From assembly GCA_963728075.1 (NCBI GenBank), contig CAVSIP010000001.1:684251-748250 (forward strand): DNA of 64,000 nt. The letters run 5' to 3'. Below the pieces are notes generated by a model. The model did not search any database and was not told the origin of the DNA. It saw only the letters and a program-made list of their open reading frames with translations. Of this stretch, positions 31,396-42,017 are shown piece after piece (within the stretch, counting starts at the first letter, position 1; every line of letters starts with the position of its first letter). Origin of the DNA: an uncultured Actinomycetota bacterium (GTDB lineage Bacteria; Actinomycetota; Actinomycetes; JAFAQI01; DASSKL01). The position numbers and the translations under genes were made by a program.

Positions 31396-32850
31396 ATGAC
31401 CCCGGAACAGTTCCGGGCCTACGGGCACCAGGCGGTGGACTGGCTCGCCGACTACTTCGCGGGCCTCGAGTCGTTGCCCGTGCGGTCTCAGGCGTCCCCC
31501 GGAGACGTCCGGGCCGGACTGCCGGCCCACCCGCCCGAGCAGGGCGAGCCGTTCGACCGGGTGCTCGCGGACCTGGACCGGGTGGTGGTGCCCGGACTCA
31601 CCCACTGGCAGCACCCGAGCTTCTTCGCGTACTTCCCGGCCAACGCGTCCGGGCCGTCAGTGCTCGCCGAGCTGCTGTCGGCGGGCCTCGGCGTGCAGGG
31701 GATGCTCTGGGCCACGAGTCCCGGGTGCACCGAGCTCGAGTCGCTGGTGGTGGACTGGCTCGCCGAGCTGCTGGGTCTGCCGGAGCACTTCCGCACCGAC
31801 GGCCCCGGCGGAGGGGTGATCGAGGACTCGGCCTCGAGCGCCGCCCTGGTGGCCATGGTCGCGGCGCTGCACCGGGCCAGTGACGGCCAGGTCGGGCGAG
31901 GCGGCATCGACCGCCGTTACCGGGTGTACGCATCGTCGCAGACCCACTCCTCGGTCGCCAAGGATGCGCGGGTCGCCGGGCTGGGTGCGGACGGGGTTCG
32001 CGTGGTCGACGTGGATCCGCACACCCTGGCGATGGATCCAGCCGCTCTCGAGGCCGTGATCGTCGAGGACGAGGTGGCCGGTGTCGTCCCAGCGATCGTC
32101 TGCGCCACGGTGGGGACGACGTCCACGACGGCCGTCGACCCGGTACGGGCGATCGGCGAGGTGGCCCGCCGGCACGGGGTGTGGCTGCACGTGGACGCCG
32201 CGTACGCCGGTGTCGCCGCCGTGCTGCCGGAGCTGCGCTGGGTCAACGACGGCGTGGCCGAGTACGCGGACTCCTACTGCACCAACCCGCACAAGTGGCT
32301 GCTCACGAACTTCGACTGCACGGCGCTGTGGGTCGCAGATCGGCGCCCGCTGACACAGGCGCTGTCGATCCTGCCCGAGTACCTGCGCAACGCGGCGACG
32401 GAGTCCGGCGCGGTCATCGACTACCGAGACTGGCAGGTGCCCCTCGGGAGGCGGTTCCGCGCGCTCAAGCTCTGGGCGGTGCTGCGCTGGTACGGCGCGG
32501 CGGGCCTGCGGGCGCACGTGCAGCGGGGCATCGACCTCGCCGCGGAGCTCGCCGGCCTGGTCCGCGGTGACGACGCGTTCGTCCTCCACGCGGAGCCGGC
32601 CTTCGGGCTGGTGGTGTTCCGTCCGCGCTGGCCGGGGCTCCCGCCGGATGGGGCGGACGCGGCGACCGAGGCGCTGCTCGAGCGGCTCAACGCCTCCGGC
32701 GAGCTCTACCTGACGCACACCAAGGTCGACGGCCGCACCATGCTGCGGGTCGCCATCGGCGCGCCGGCGACCACGCGGCGGCACGTGCTCACCGCCTGGG
32801 AGCGCATCCGGAGCGAGGTCAGAGCAGGCCGCGCGCCCGAGCCAGGCTGA
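31396..32850 (+). CDS. aromatic-L-amino-acid decarboxylase (PLP-dependent group II, DOPA/tyrosine/tryptophan decarboxylase type)
   Basis: Close colinear match to animal/plant-type AADC (VTHWQHPSFFAYFPA, SPGCTELE, GGGVIEDSASSAALVA, HVDAAYAGVAAV, NPHKWLLTNFDCTALWV with the PLP lysine, DYRDWQVPLGRRFRALKLW). Confidence 0.9.
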   Translation: MTPEQFRAYGHQAVDWLADYFAGLESLPVRSQASPGDVRAGLPAHPPEQGEPFDRVLADLDRVVVPGLTHWQHPSFFAYFPANASGPSVLAELLSAGLGVQGMLWATSPGCTELESLVVDWLAELLGLPEHFRTDGPGGGVIEDSASSAALVAMVAALHRASDGQVGRGGIDRRYRVYASSQTHSSVAKDARVAGLGADGVRVVDVDPHTLAMDPAALEAVIVEDEVAGVVPAIVCATVGTTSTTAVDPVRAIGEVARRHGVWLHVDAAYAGVAAVLPELRWVNDGVAEYADSYCTNPHKWLLTNFDCTALWVADRRPLTQALSILPEYLRNAATESGAVIDYRDWQVPLGRRFRALKLWAVLRWYGAAGLRAHVQRGIDLAAELAGLVRGDDAFVLHAEPAFGLVVFRPRWPGLPPDGADAATEALLERLNASGELYLTHTKVDGRTMLRVAIGAPATTRRHVLTAWERIRSEVRAGRAPEPG

Positions 32851-33502
32851 CGGCCTCGGCACGCGAGTTGACGCCCAGTTTCCGGTAGACGTGCCGGACG
32901 TGCGTCTTGAGCGTGTTGAGGGTGACGTGCAGCTCGCGGGCGACGCGCTGCAGCGGCTGCCCGGTGGCCAGCTGCGCGAGGACCGCGCTCTCCCGGTCCG
33001 TGAGCGGGGAGCCCGCCGGTGAGCGCGCGGCCGGGACGAGTGAGACGTCGGTCATCGCGGGCAGGCGGTGCAGCTCGCGGGCCTGGTCGGCGGCCAGGGT
33101 CTGCAGCCGGTCACGCATCGAGGCGTGGAACGAGCGCTCGGTGGCGAAGGCCAGCTCCACCGCACCGATGCAGCCGCCGTTGACGACGAGCGGGAGGAAC
33201 GCGAACGCCCGGTACCGGGCGTACGGCAACGCGACGACGACAGGGTAGGCGCGGGTGAGCGAGCCGAGCGTCTCGTAGAACAGCGGCTGGGCGGTGCGCA
33301 CGCAGGTCGCCGGAGGCAGCTCCGCGCCGACGGGGATGTCATGGAGGTGACCGAACGGCCCGCCGTCGTACCCCTCGGACCGGACGACCTCCAAGGTGCT
33401 GCCGGTGGCGTCGACGACGAGGATCGACCAGGCGTCCGCGCCGAACTGCTCGAGTTCGGCTACAAGGGGCGCCGCGTCGACGGCGCGCAGACGCGCCTGC
33501 AC
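32819..33502 (-). CDS. GAF-domain + LuxR-type HTH transcriptional regulator
   Basis: C-terminal LTDRESAVLAQLATGQPLQRVARELHVTLNTLKTHVRHVYRKLGV (LuxR HTH). N-terminal GAF-like region. Confidence 0.7.
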   Translation of the reverse strand: MQARLRAVDAAPLVAELEQFGADAWSILVVDATGSTLEVVRSEGYDGGPFGHLHDIPVGAELPPATCVRTAQPLFYETLGSLTRAYPVVVALPYARYRAFAFLPLVVNGGCIGAVELAFATERSFHASMRDRLQTLAADQARELHRLPAMTDVSLVPAARSPAGSPLTDRESAVLAQLATGQPLQRVARELHVTLNTLKTHVRHVYRKLGVNSRAEAVSLARARGLL

Positions 33503-33574
33503 ACCTGATCCTGGTCACACCCGGGCTCGCCCCGCCATGGTCCGAAGTCACTGCCCCGTGGGCCCCCGTGCTCT

Positions 33575-33910
33575 TCAGGCAGCAAGCAGCGGGTCGAGCC
33601 CGGTGAGCTCGAGCAGGCGCCGCACGGTGCGCGGCGCGTTCGCGACCCGGAGGCTGCCACCGTCGGCGGCGAGTGCCTGGGAGGCCGGCGCGATGGCCGA
33701 CACGAGGTGGGAGTCGCAAAAGCCGACCCGGGAGAAGTCGAGCACGACCTCTTGGGGTGCGGACGCGCGGGCCCGAGCCAGCGCGGCCCGCAGCGCGGCG
33801 ACGGTGGCCATGTCCACGTCACCCCGCACGCTCACCAGCACCGTGCCGTCCTGGCGAACGAGGACCACGTGGGGCGCGAACGGGTCGGCGGGGCCGCGGG
33901 TTCCGGTCAC
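33575..33910 (-). CDS. STAS-domain anti-sigma factor antagonist (SpoIIAA-like)
   Basis: 111 aa, DFSRVGFCDSHLVSAI. Phosphorylatable Ser context typical of anti-anti-sigma factors. Confidence 0.7.
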   Translation of the reverse strand: MTGTRGPADPFAPHVVLVRQDGTVLVSVRGDVDMATVAALRAALARARASAPQEVVLDFSRVGFCDSHLVSAIAPASQALAADGGSLRVANAPRTVRRLLELTGLDPLLAA

Positions 33911-34018
33911 GATCGGACAACCGTCACCAGGCGCCGCAGCGTTACGCCCGAACGGAGGATCGGTGCGCCGGCCAGGTGGCGCGCGCGCCCGGCGCTCTCG
34001 GCTAGGATCGACGCGTCG

Positions 34019-34092
<74 letters not shown>

Positions 34093-34099
34093 CGAGTAA

Positions 34100-35335
34100 A
34101 TGCCCAGGTCAGAGCCGGTCCGGCAGGACCGGCTCTACTGCTGTCCGGACCGGATGTATGCGCCATGTATGCGGGTTCGGCGGTGGGCTCCCCGCGTGCA
34201 GTGGGTGCAGGTCGGCCAGCCCGAGGTGCACCGCCAACGGGGCAAATGGGTGGTCCGGCAGGGCGGGTACGACGCCGCGACGGGCAAGCGCCGGGTCAAG
34301 CAGCTCGGCACGTTCGAGAGCCGGCGGGCGGCGGTGGCCCATCAGCGTGCCGTCCTCGACGGGCGAGCCGGCTCGGAGACCGAGTCGGTCGGCGAGTTCG
34401 TCGAGCGGGTCTGGCTGCCTGCCAAGGAGGGCCGGGTCGAGGTGTCGACGTACGACCAGTACCAGTGGGCCGTGACCCGCCACATCGTCCCGCTGATCGG
34501 CCGGGTGCGGCTGCGTGACCTCACCCCCGAGGTGCTCGACGACTGGATCACCGAGCTGGTCCGGCCCGATCGGGACGGCAAGCTACGGCTCGGATCGACC
34601 TCCGCCAGGCTCGTCCGCAAGGTCCTGTCGATGGCGCTCGAGGAGGCCGTGCAGCGCGGCCGGCTCCCGCGCAACCCGGTCCTGCTCACCCAGCCGCCGC
34701 GCCGTGACCGCAGCCACCAGCGCCTCGGCTGGACCCTCGAGGAGGCCCAGCGGTTCCTGGCCGCGGTCGGCGACCATCGCCTGGCGGCTGCCTTCCAGCT
34801 GAACCTCGTCACCGGGCTGCGCCGCGGGGAGCTGCTCGCCCTGCGCTGGGAGGACGTCGACCTGCGCGGCCGGGAGCTCACCGTCCACCAGCAGCTGGCG
34901 GTCGAGCGTGCGCGGCCGGTGCTCAAGCAGCTGAAGACGGTGAACGCCGACCGTGTGGTGACCTTTGGCGCCGGCACGGCGACCGCGCTGGTTCGCCACC
35001 GGGACCGGCAGGACGCGGAACGCCGGCTCGCAGCCGAAGACTGGGTCGAGTCGGGACTCGTCTTCACCACCCAGCTCGGCGGCTGGGTGGACCCCAGCAA
35101 CTTCGGCCGCCTGATGGACGCGCTCATCGCCAAGGCGGATGTCCCTCGAATCACGCCGAAGGGGCTGCGGCACACCGCCCAGTCGGTCGGCCGGATCGTC
35201 GTCGGTGACGACAAAGTGATGCAGGAGCGCCTCGGCCACGCCGGAATCGGCGTCACGCTCAACACCTACACGCACACAGCGACCAAGCAGCACAAGCAGG
35301 CCGGCGCCCGCATCGACAAGGCCTTCCGCGTATGA
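34100..35335 (+). CDS. tyrosine-type site-specific integrase
   Basis: 411 aa. C-terminal catalytic region LRHTAQSVGRIV...ERLGHAGIGVTLNTYTH (R..HxxR..Y). Confidence 0.85.
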   Translation: MPRSEPVRQDRLYCCPDRMYAPCMRVRRWAPRVQWVQVGQPEVHRQRGKWVVRQGGYDAATGKRRVKQLGTFESRRAAVAHQRAVLDGRAGSETESVGEFVERVWLPAKEGRVEVSTYDQYQWAVTRHIVPLIGRVRLRDLTPEVLDDWITELVRPDRDGKLRLGSTSARLVRKVLSMALEEAVQRGRLPRNPVLLTQPPRRDRSHQRLGWTLEEAQRFLAAVGDHRLAAAFQLNLVTGLRRGELLALRWEDVDLRGRELTVHQQLAVERARPVLKQLKTVNADRVVTFGAGTATALVRHRDRQDAERRLAAEDWVESGLVFTTQLGGWVDPSNFGRLMDALIAKADVPRITPKGLRHTAQSVGRIVVGDDKVMQERLGHAGIGVTLNTYTHTATKQHKQAGARIDKAFRV

Positions 35336-35715
35336 GCCTCGTCGCGCTGCGCGGCGAGGAACCGCCGGGTAAGACGATCGTGGTGATTCGCGGGGGCGCG
35401 AACAGCCTCGGCGCCGAGGCCGTGAGGCGCTCGGCCGAACGCAACATGGTCGCTTTCGGCTTCCTCGGCCTGTCCGTCTTTCTCTGCGAAGCCGACCTCG
35501 TGGCCGAGGTCTGCCGCTCGATCGACGAACTGCACCGCTACGGGCAGATACGCCGCTCGACCGTCGGCCGGCTGCAAACCGCCGGGTTCCCTCTGCTCGC
35601 GACCGGCGACACCCCACACTTCGACATCGTGCTGCCGGATCTCGCCCCCGCCACACTCGATCGGCTGCGCAGATGCTTCGACGACCCCGAGCCCAACCCC
35701 GGCCGTAGCGCATGA
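35332..35715 (+). CDS. hypothetical protein (island cargo; ATGA-coupled to integrase)
   Basis: 127-aa ORF overlapping the integrase stop. No recognisable motif. Confidence 0.3.
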   Translation: MSLVALRGEEPPGKTIVVIRGGANSLGAEAVRRSAERNMVAFGFLGLSVFLCEADLVAEVCRSIDELHRYGQIRRSTVGRLQTAGFPLLATGDTPHFDIVLPDLAPATLDRLRRCFDDPEPNPGRSA

Positions 35716-35756
35716 TCCGTTTGTCCCCACCCGCCGCGCCTGGGACAATCGGTCGT

Positions 35757-36011
35757 ATGAGCAAGGCACGCCGCTGGGACATGTGGGTCGACTTCGGGCG
35801 TGTTTACGACGGCCTAACGTACGGTGACCTGCGCGATGCTGAGCCCGGCGTGACCGTGGAGCCAGGCCGCTACCTCATCGTCGGCGACGACGACGCCGAC
35901 CCCGCCGCCGCCCAGGTCGTCGAGGTGCGGGCCGACGGAGTCGTCCTGCTGAAGGTGCTCCCCGGTCACGCGGACAGCCACCTCGCTCTGCTCCGGCAAC
36001 AGCCGGCGTAG
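35757..36011 (+). CDS. hypothetical protein (island cargo)
   Basis: 84-aa ORF (MSKARRWDMWVDF...). No recognisable motif. Confidence 0.25.
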   Translation: MSKARRWDMWVDFGRVYDGLTYGDLRDAEPGVTVEPGRYLIVGDDDADPAAAQVVEVRADGVVLLKVLPGHADSHLALLRQQPA

Positions 36012-36213
36012 CTCCGGCTCTCTCACCCCGTCAAGATCGGGACTCCGCCCACGCCGGACAGATCAGCAACCTCCACACCGATGCACCGGTGGTGTCGGGA
36101 CCCCACGAACGGGATCCCAGTCGAGCGGGGAACAAGTAGCGGGTCGTTATGGGGCGCCAGGGCGGACGCATCCGGGCGTCGTCAAGCGGCACCTTGAAGC
36201 GGACGAGGCTGGA

Positions 36214-37670
36214 TCAGGGGCCGGTTCCGATGCTGAGGATTCGCCAGGTGTCGCTGGCCGTGCGCCGTCCCACGTAGACGAATCTGGTCTGGGTGCCGTT
36301 GCCCGCCGCGATGACCTTCTTGAACGTGGCGGTGTAGGTGACGGCGACCTGGGTGATGTCGCTGTAGCCGGACGGCAGGTTAGCGGGGGCCGGCACGACG
36401 GCGGTGTGTATGTCGCCCAGGTCGGTCAGCGAGACGAGGTTGGAGAAGTCGCTGTACTGGCTGCGAATCTCCGGTGCCAGAAGCGCGGCCGCCGCGTTGC
36501 TGTCGTGGTGCGCCGCGGCCTCGTAGTAGGCGGTGACTACCCCGGCCGGGGTGGACAGGGGCGCGCCGTCGGCTTTAGTGCCGTCACGGCCAGTGATGGT
36601 CAGGGTGGTGCCGGCGAACGCGGTCGCCGAGTTGGGGATCGACCAGCCAAACTTCGCGATGCCGCTGTGGCCGGTGGGGACGGGGATGCGCATGGCGTAG
36701 GTGACGCTGTCGCCCGCGGCGATGGACTGCACGGTGGAGCAGTTGAGCCGGTAACTGTAGGAGTGTACGGTCCCGGTGTTGATGATCTCGCTGTAGACGG
36801 GGCACGGGACGAGGTTGACCGGCTGGTCGCCGGTGTTGGTGAGGGTGACCGTGTAGTTCAGCGTCGTGCCGGCGACCGCCGTGGCGGGCAGATCCGCCTT
36901 CGCCTGCAGACCCGGGTAGGCGCCGGTCTGGCTCGGCTGTGGTTCGGGGCTGCCGAAGGTGGTGACCCCGACACCGCAGACAGCGTCGAACGGTGCGTCG
37001 GCTCGCACCGTCCCGCCGCCGGGCAGCCCGACGACCTCGCCGGTGTAGGCGTGCGCCGGGTTGGACAGGCCGCCCGGCACCTGGGCCGCTGGGCAGGCGT
37101 CCCAGGTGGCGATGCCGAGACGACCGCTCTGGCCCGGGCGCAGATCGGCAGGCCAGGCGAACTGCGTGTCGAACTGGGTGCCGTGACTCGGCGACAGGGA
37201 CCGACGCCTGCCGTCGGCGTGGACGCCCACCAGGCTGGTGGGGTAGCCGGACAGCGAGCACGGCGACGAGCCGGCGTTGGTGAGCACGACCACCGAGATC
37301 AGGTTCCCAGCGGCGGCACCGCCCGGTGACGATGAGGCGGTCAGCTGGTCGGCGCGGCAGGGTGCATAGGCAGGCGCAGGCGGGGTGGGCGGGGCCGGTG
37401 GGGGTGGTGGTGTCGCCGGCTGATCGACCCACGGCACCGCGGCACCGCCGGCGGGCTGCTCGACCACCCGCGCGGTATCCGACGATCCGCCGGTCAGCAG
37501 CCGACGGCCACCCCCCCGGAGGCGAGCAGAAGCACTGCCGCCGCCGCTGAGTACCGGGCCCGGCGCCGATGCGCGATGCGCCGGTGCACCCTCGACAGCA
37601 GATCCGAGCCGAGCTCAGGTTCCGGCAGGTCGTGGAGAACCCGGGACATCTCCCGCTCGACGTCACTCAT
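36214..37670 (-). CDS. anti-sigma factor with a single TM and a Pro-rich extracytoplasmic domain; frameshifted at a C7 homopolymer (~37511-37517)
   Basis: ATG at 37670 overlaps the sigma-factor stop (ATGA). N-terminal cytoplasmic region plus TM (AAAAVLLLASGG), then continues in another frame as PATPPPPPAPPTPPAP... Confidence 0.45.
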
Positions 37671-38168
37671 CGCCATCCCTCCTGCCCGGCCGACTCGCTT
37701 GCGGCCAGCACGGTGCGCAGCTTCGCCAGCGCCTTCGCGGACTGGCTCTTCACCGTGCCCGGGCTGCAGCCCAGCGCGGCCGCGGTGTCCGCCTCGGAGT
37801 AGTCGGCCAGGTACCGCAGCACTACCGCGAGCCCGCTGCCGGGCCGGCAGGTCGCTCAACGCGGCGAGCACCGCCTCGTCCCGCGATTCCGGGACGTACG
37901 CCACGTCCGGAACCGTGGCCGTGAGACGTTCCCGGCGCAGCCGGCGCCACCAGCTCACACGCGTGTTCACCATCACCCGGCGCACGTAGCCGGCCGGGTC
38001 GCCGGTCACGGTGACCTTGCCCCACCGTTCACCGGTTCGCACGAGCGCCTCCTGGACCAAGTCCTCCGCCGCCGCCCGATCACCGCAGAGCGCATGAGCG
38101 AACCGAAGCAGCTCCGACCCACGGCCACGCACGAAAGCATCGAACGTCTCGCGCTCCTCGGCCCGCAT
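37667..38168 (-). CDS. ECF (sigma-70 family group IV) RNA polymerase sigma factor; one frameshift between regions 2 and 4
   Basis: Region 2 (FDAFVRGRGSELLRFAHALCGDRAAAEDLVQEALVRTGERW). Region 4 is readable in the +1 frame (LAVVLRYLADYSEADTAAALGCSPGTVKSQ). Confidence 0.7.
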
Positions 38169-38324
38169 CTTGACCCCCTTCACCCCTCACACGCAGGAGA
38201 GCGGTCCCCAGGTTGCCCGCAGCAGCGAAGAAGGTCAGGCCAGTTCTCAGTTCGCCTGCCACCAGTCAGGAACGTCACGGCGCGCGTCCGCGCCGCCCCA
38301 TGCGAACCCACCGCGTGACGGCAC

Positions 38325-38822
38325 CTACGCGGTAGTGCCGTCGCTGGTATCGACGATGCGGACAACGACGGCGTCAGGGTGCTGCCGCAACGCGTCCAGG
38401 ATGGTCTGCCCCGTGGCCGCGGAAGCTCCCTGATCGAGCAGTCCCGTGTCGAGCTTCAACTCGGCCGACGCGGAGTTGATGTAGCCACCTCGATCCGGAG
38501 ACGACGTGTCGAAGGCGATGCCCTGGGTGGCGGGTTCCGGCGGATGAGCGCTCACCTTCCACCCCAGTCGCCTCATTGCGATGTCCGTTACCGTTCGCCT
38601 GAGCGCTGCATTGCCGGTGTCGGCAACCGGGTCGATGACGACATAGCGATTACAGGTGGTCGGCGTCGGATCACAGATCACCTTGTCCACCACGACCGTG
38701 CCGCCGTCCACACCCGACGCATAAGGATCGGCCACGTGATGGTGGCTGCTGCAAGCCGCAACTGGTGCTGCGGCGAGCAGCACCACTACAACCGACCACC
38801 TCACGTCGTGCACGGTAACCAA
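38325..38822 (-). CDS. hypothetical lipoprotein (island cargo)
   Basis: Signal peptide plus lipobox (LLAAAPVAACS). Confidence 0.4.
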   Translation of the reverse strand: MVTVHDVRWSVVVVLLAAAPVAACSSHHHVADPYASGVDGGTVVVDKVICDPTPTTCNRYVVIDPVADTGNAALRRTVTDIAMRRLGWKVSAHPPEPATQGIAFDTSSPDRGGYINSASAELKLDTGLLDQGASAATGQTILDALRQHPDAVVVRIVDTSDGTTA

Positions 38823-39209
38823 GATCGCTCGGGTACGCAGGCGCCTCCGGACATGAAGTCAGGGGCGCGTGACCACTGCCGCGGTACGCCCCTGCCCGCT
38901 GCCCGTGAGCTATCAGAACCCACTCGGGAACGCCGGCTTGAGTCGTTGATCTTGCTGCTGGGTGGCCGCCGCGTAACGGGTCATTAGGATCCCGACACGC
39001 CCGGGATCTCCGGAGATTTCCGACGACCCCCTTGACCGAGGACAAGAGGTCGGCTGAAGGAGATTTTGCAGTATGCGTAATGTATGAGAACAGTTCCACA
39101 AGCCTCAGTACGGATGACCCAGGACGCACCGGTGCGGACCGTAAACCCGCAGGTCAGCGGACTGTTCAGCAGATTTCATCAGTGATCAACAAGCCGAAAT
39201 AGTGACTGC

Positions 39210-39248
39210 GGGTCAAGGGGTCGCAGGTTCAAATCCTGTCAGCCCGAC
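39210..39248 (+). repeat. attR: 39-bp direct repeat of the tRNA-Pro 3' end
   Basis: Identical to 34055-34093. An additional TGACTG match lies just upstream. Confidence 0.75.
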
Positions 39249-39264
39249 TCATCGCGACGACGTG

Positions 39265-40593
39265 TCAGCGTCTGGCGCGCTTCTCGCGCACACGCACGCT
39301 CAGCTCGACCGGCGAGCCGGCGAACCCGAACTCCTCGCGCAGCCGCCGCTCCAGGAACCGCCGGTAGCCGGCTTCGAGGAACCCGCTGGTGAACACCACG
39401 AACCGCGGGGGGCGGGTGCTCGCCTGGGTGGCGAAGAGGACCTTGGGCTGCTTGCCGCCTCGCACCGGCGGCGGGGTGGCGGCGATCACCTCGCCGAGCC
39501 AGGCGTTGAGCGTGGCGGTCGGCACCCGCTGCGACCATCCGTCGAGAGCGGTGTGCAGAGCCGGTACGAGCCGTTCCACCGACCGGCCGGTGCGCGCTGA
39601 GACGTTCACGCGTGGCGCCCACGCGACGCGGGCCAGCTCGCGGTCGACCTCGCGTTCGAGCCGAAGCCGGCGGTCCTCGTCGAGCAGGTCCCACTTGTTG
39701 AAGGCGAGGACGAGGGCCCGCCCCGCATCGACCGCGGTCTGGATCACCCGCTGGTCCTGCTCGGTGATCGGCTCGGAGGCATCCAGCAGGACCACCGCGA
39801 CCTCGGCCTTGTCGATTGCGGCCGAGGTGCGCAGGTGGGAGTAGTACTCCGCGCCGCTCGCCTCGCGGACCCGTCGGCGGATCCCTGCGGTGTCGACGAA
39901 GCGCCAGGTCTGCCCGCCCAGCTCGATGAGCGAGTCGACCGGGTCGCGGGTGGTGCCGGCCTCGGCGTCGACGAGCGCCCGTTCCTCGCCGGCGAGCCGG
40001 TTGAGCAGGCTGGACTTGCCCACGTTCGGCCGTCCGACGAGGGCGACGCGGTGCGGCCCGCTCTCCTCGTCCTCGCGAAGCGCAGGCGCCTCGGGCAGCG
40101 CCTCGAGGACCGCGTCGAGCAGGTCACCGCTCCCCCGACCGTGCAGGGCGCTGACCGGGTACGGCTGGCCGAGCCCGAGCGACCACAGGGACTGGGCGTC
40201 CGCCTCCGCTCGCGCGTCGTCGACCTTGTTCGCCGCGAGGACGACCGGCTTCCCGGCGCGGCGCAGCACCCGCGCGACCGCGTCGTCGGTGTCCGTCGGT
40301 CCGACCGTCGCGTCCACGACCAGCAGGACCGCGTCCGCGGCGTCGACGGCGGTCTCCGCCTGCGCGGCGACGCGGGCCGCGAGCCCCTTCGCGTCGCGCT
40401 CCCAGCCGCCGGTGTCGACGACCGTGAACGCCCGCCCCCGCCAGGTCGCGTCGTACGCCACCCGGTCGCGGGTGACGCCGGGAACGTCCTCGACCACGGC
40501 CTCACGGCGGCCCAGGATGCGGTTGACCAGCGTGGACTTGCCGACGTTCGGGCGGCCAACGACCGCCAGGACCGGCGCAGCGGCGTCCGTCAC
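39265..40593 (-). CDS. der: ribosome biogenesis GTPase Der (EngA), tandem GTPase domains
   Basis: Two G1 motifs ([20 protein letters not shown]) plus a KH-like C-terminus. Confidence 0.9.
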   Translation of the reverse strand: MTDAAAPVLAVVGRPNVGKSTLVNRILGRREAVVEDVPGVTRDRVAYDATWRGRAFTVVDTGGWERDAKGLAARVAAQAETAVDAADAVLLVVDATVGPTDTDDAVARVLRRAGKPVVLAANKVDDARAEADAQSLWSLGLGQPYPVSALHGRGSGDLLDAVLEALPEAPALREDEESGPHRVALVGRPNVGKSSLLNRLAGEERALVDAEAGTTRDPVDSLIELGGQTWRFVDTAGIRRRVREASGAEYYSHLRTSAAIDKAEVAVVLLDASEPITEQDQRVIQTAVDAGRALVLAFNKWDLLDEDRRLRLEREVDRELARVAWAPRVNVSARTGRSVERLVPALHTALDGWSQRVPTATLNAWLGEVIAATPPPVRGGKQPKVLFATQASTRPPRFVVFTSGFLEAGYRRFLERRLREEFGFAGSPVELSVRVREKRARR

Positions 40594-41309
40594 CGGACCT
40601 CCCCCTCGAACGGGTCGGGCCGGCCGGTGCCCGTCGCCGCAGACGCCAGGTGGTCGACGAGGTGCAGCCGGACCTGCTCGGCGGCCTGGGCGAACGCCTG
40701 GCGCGCGTGCACGTCGTGCGCGGGCTGGACGTGGAACGCGGGGCCGAACACGATGTCGATCGGTGTCCGCCAGCGGGGCAGCACCTTCCCCTTGGGCAGC
40801 GCCTCACCGGTACCGAGGCAGACGACCGGGACCACCGGTGCCCCCGACTTGACGGCGAGGTAGCCGATGCCGTGCTGGATGTTCTCGAGCGTGCCGGTCC
40901 CCCGCGTGCCCTCGGGGAACACCCCCAGCACCCCGTCGTCGGCGAGTACCTGCAGGCCGCGCCGGAGAGCCGTGCGGTCGGGCTTGCCGCGGTTGACCGG
41001 GATCTGCCGCAGCACGTCGAGCGCCCAGCGCAGCCAGCCCTTGTACAGCTCGCTCTTGACGAGGAACGCGGACGGCCGCGGCAGCACGATGAACACGAAC
41101 GGCCCGTCGATGAAGCTCGAGTGGTTGCCCGCGAGGATGACCGGGCCATCGGCCGGCAGGTGCTCCAGGCCGTGCAGCCGCAGCCGGAACACCACCCGCA
41201 GGAGCGCGTGGGCGACGGTGCGGGCTGCCCGCAGCAGGCGCGGCTCGACGGCACCGGTGCCGGGGATGTGCCGCGCGCGGTGAGGCGCAGCGGGGGCGGT
41301 GACGCTCAC
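40590..41309 (-). CDS. plsC: lysophospholipid (1-acyl-sn-glycerol-3-phosphate) acyltransferase
   Basis: HX4D motif [14 protein letters not shown] block. Confidence 0.8.
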   Translation of the reverse strand: MSVTAPAAPHRARHIPGTGAVEPRLLRAARTVAHALLRVVFRLRLHGLEHLPADGPVILAGNHSSFIDGPFVFIVLPRPSAFLVKSELYKGWLRWALDVLRQIPVNRGKPDRTALRRGLQVLADDGVLGVFPEGTRGTGTLENIQHGIGYLAVKSGAPVVPVVCLGTGEALPKGKVLPRWRTPIDIVFGPAFHVQPAHDVHARQAFAQAAEQVRLHLVDHLASAATGTGRPDPFEGEVR

Positions 41310-42001
41310 CGCTCCCCCGGCAGGTGGGTGAGCACGACTGCGACGACCTCGTCGACGGTGAGGCGGCTGGAGTCGACTTCGACGGCATCCCCCGCCCGGG
41401 CCAGCGGCGAGACGGTACGGCCGGAGTCGAGCGCGTCACGACGGTCGAGGTCGGCCTGCGTCGCCCGCACGTCCGTGCCGGTCCCTCCCCGCACGGTCGC
41501 CAGCTCGCCTGCGCGGCGCTGGGCGCGGACGTCGTTGCTGGCGGTGAGGAAGACCTTCAGGTCGGCGCCGGGGGCCACGACCGTGCCGATGTCACGTCCC
41601 TCCATGACGATCCCGCCCGCGCCGATGAGCTGGCGCTGGCGGGCGACGAGCAGCTCGCGCACCTCGGGTACGGCGCTCACCGCGCTCACTGCCGCGGTCA
41701 CCTCCGGTCCCCGGATGGCGGTGGAGACGTCGGTGCCGTCGACGTGCACAACCGCCGGTACCGGCTCCGTGGTGATCTCCAGATCCGCCCGCGCGGCGAC
41801 CCGGGCGACAGCGCGCGGGTCGGTGACGTCCGCTCCGGCGCGGAGCACCGCCCAGGTGACCGCGCGGTACATCGCCCCGGTGTCGAGGTAGCGCAGCCCC
41901 AGCCGGGAGGCGACCGTGCGGGCTACGGTCGACTTGCCGGACCCGGAGGGGCCGTCCACCGCGATCACGAGTCGCGTGCGCGACTCCTGCAGGCCGGCCA
42001 C
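41306..42001 (-). CDS. cmk: cytidylate kinase
   Basis: P-loop IAVDGPSGSGKST and Cmk core. Confidence 0.9.
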   Translation of the reverse strand: MAGLQESRTRLVIAVDGPSGSGKSTVARTVASRLGLRYLDTGAMYRAVTWAVLRAGADVTDPRAVARVAARADLEITTEPVPAVVHVDGTDVSTAIRGPEVTAAVSAVSAVPEVRELLVARQRQLIGAGGIVMEGRDIGTVVAPGADLKVFLTASNDVRAQRRAGELATVRGGTGTDVRATQADLDRRDALDSGRTVSPLARAGDAVEVDSSRLTVDEVVAVVLTHLPGER

Positions 42002-42017
42002 CCGTCCAATCTACCGG

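Larger units (their letters stand above)
34094..39248. mobile_element. ~5.1 kb integrated genomic island at the tRNA-Pro 3' end (integrase + ECF sigma/anti-sigma + lipoprotein cargo)
   Basis: The integrase gene starts 8 bp after the tRNA. A 39-bp copy of the tRNA 3' end (GGGTCAAGGGGTCGCAGGTTCAAATCCTGTCAGCCCGAC) recurs at 39210-39248 (attL/attR). An AT-richer segment precedes attR. Confidence 0.7.

Noticed and set aside
38823-39209. AT-richer 390-bp segment at the island end as a possible small gene or CRISPR leader.
   Set aside because: No repeats or ORF with coding signal. It is best explained as the att-proximal non-coding and promoter region typical of integrative elements.
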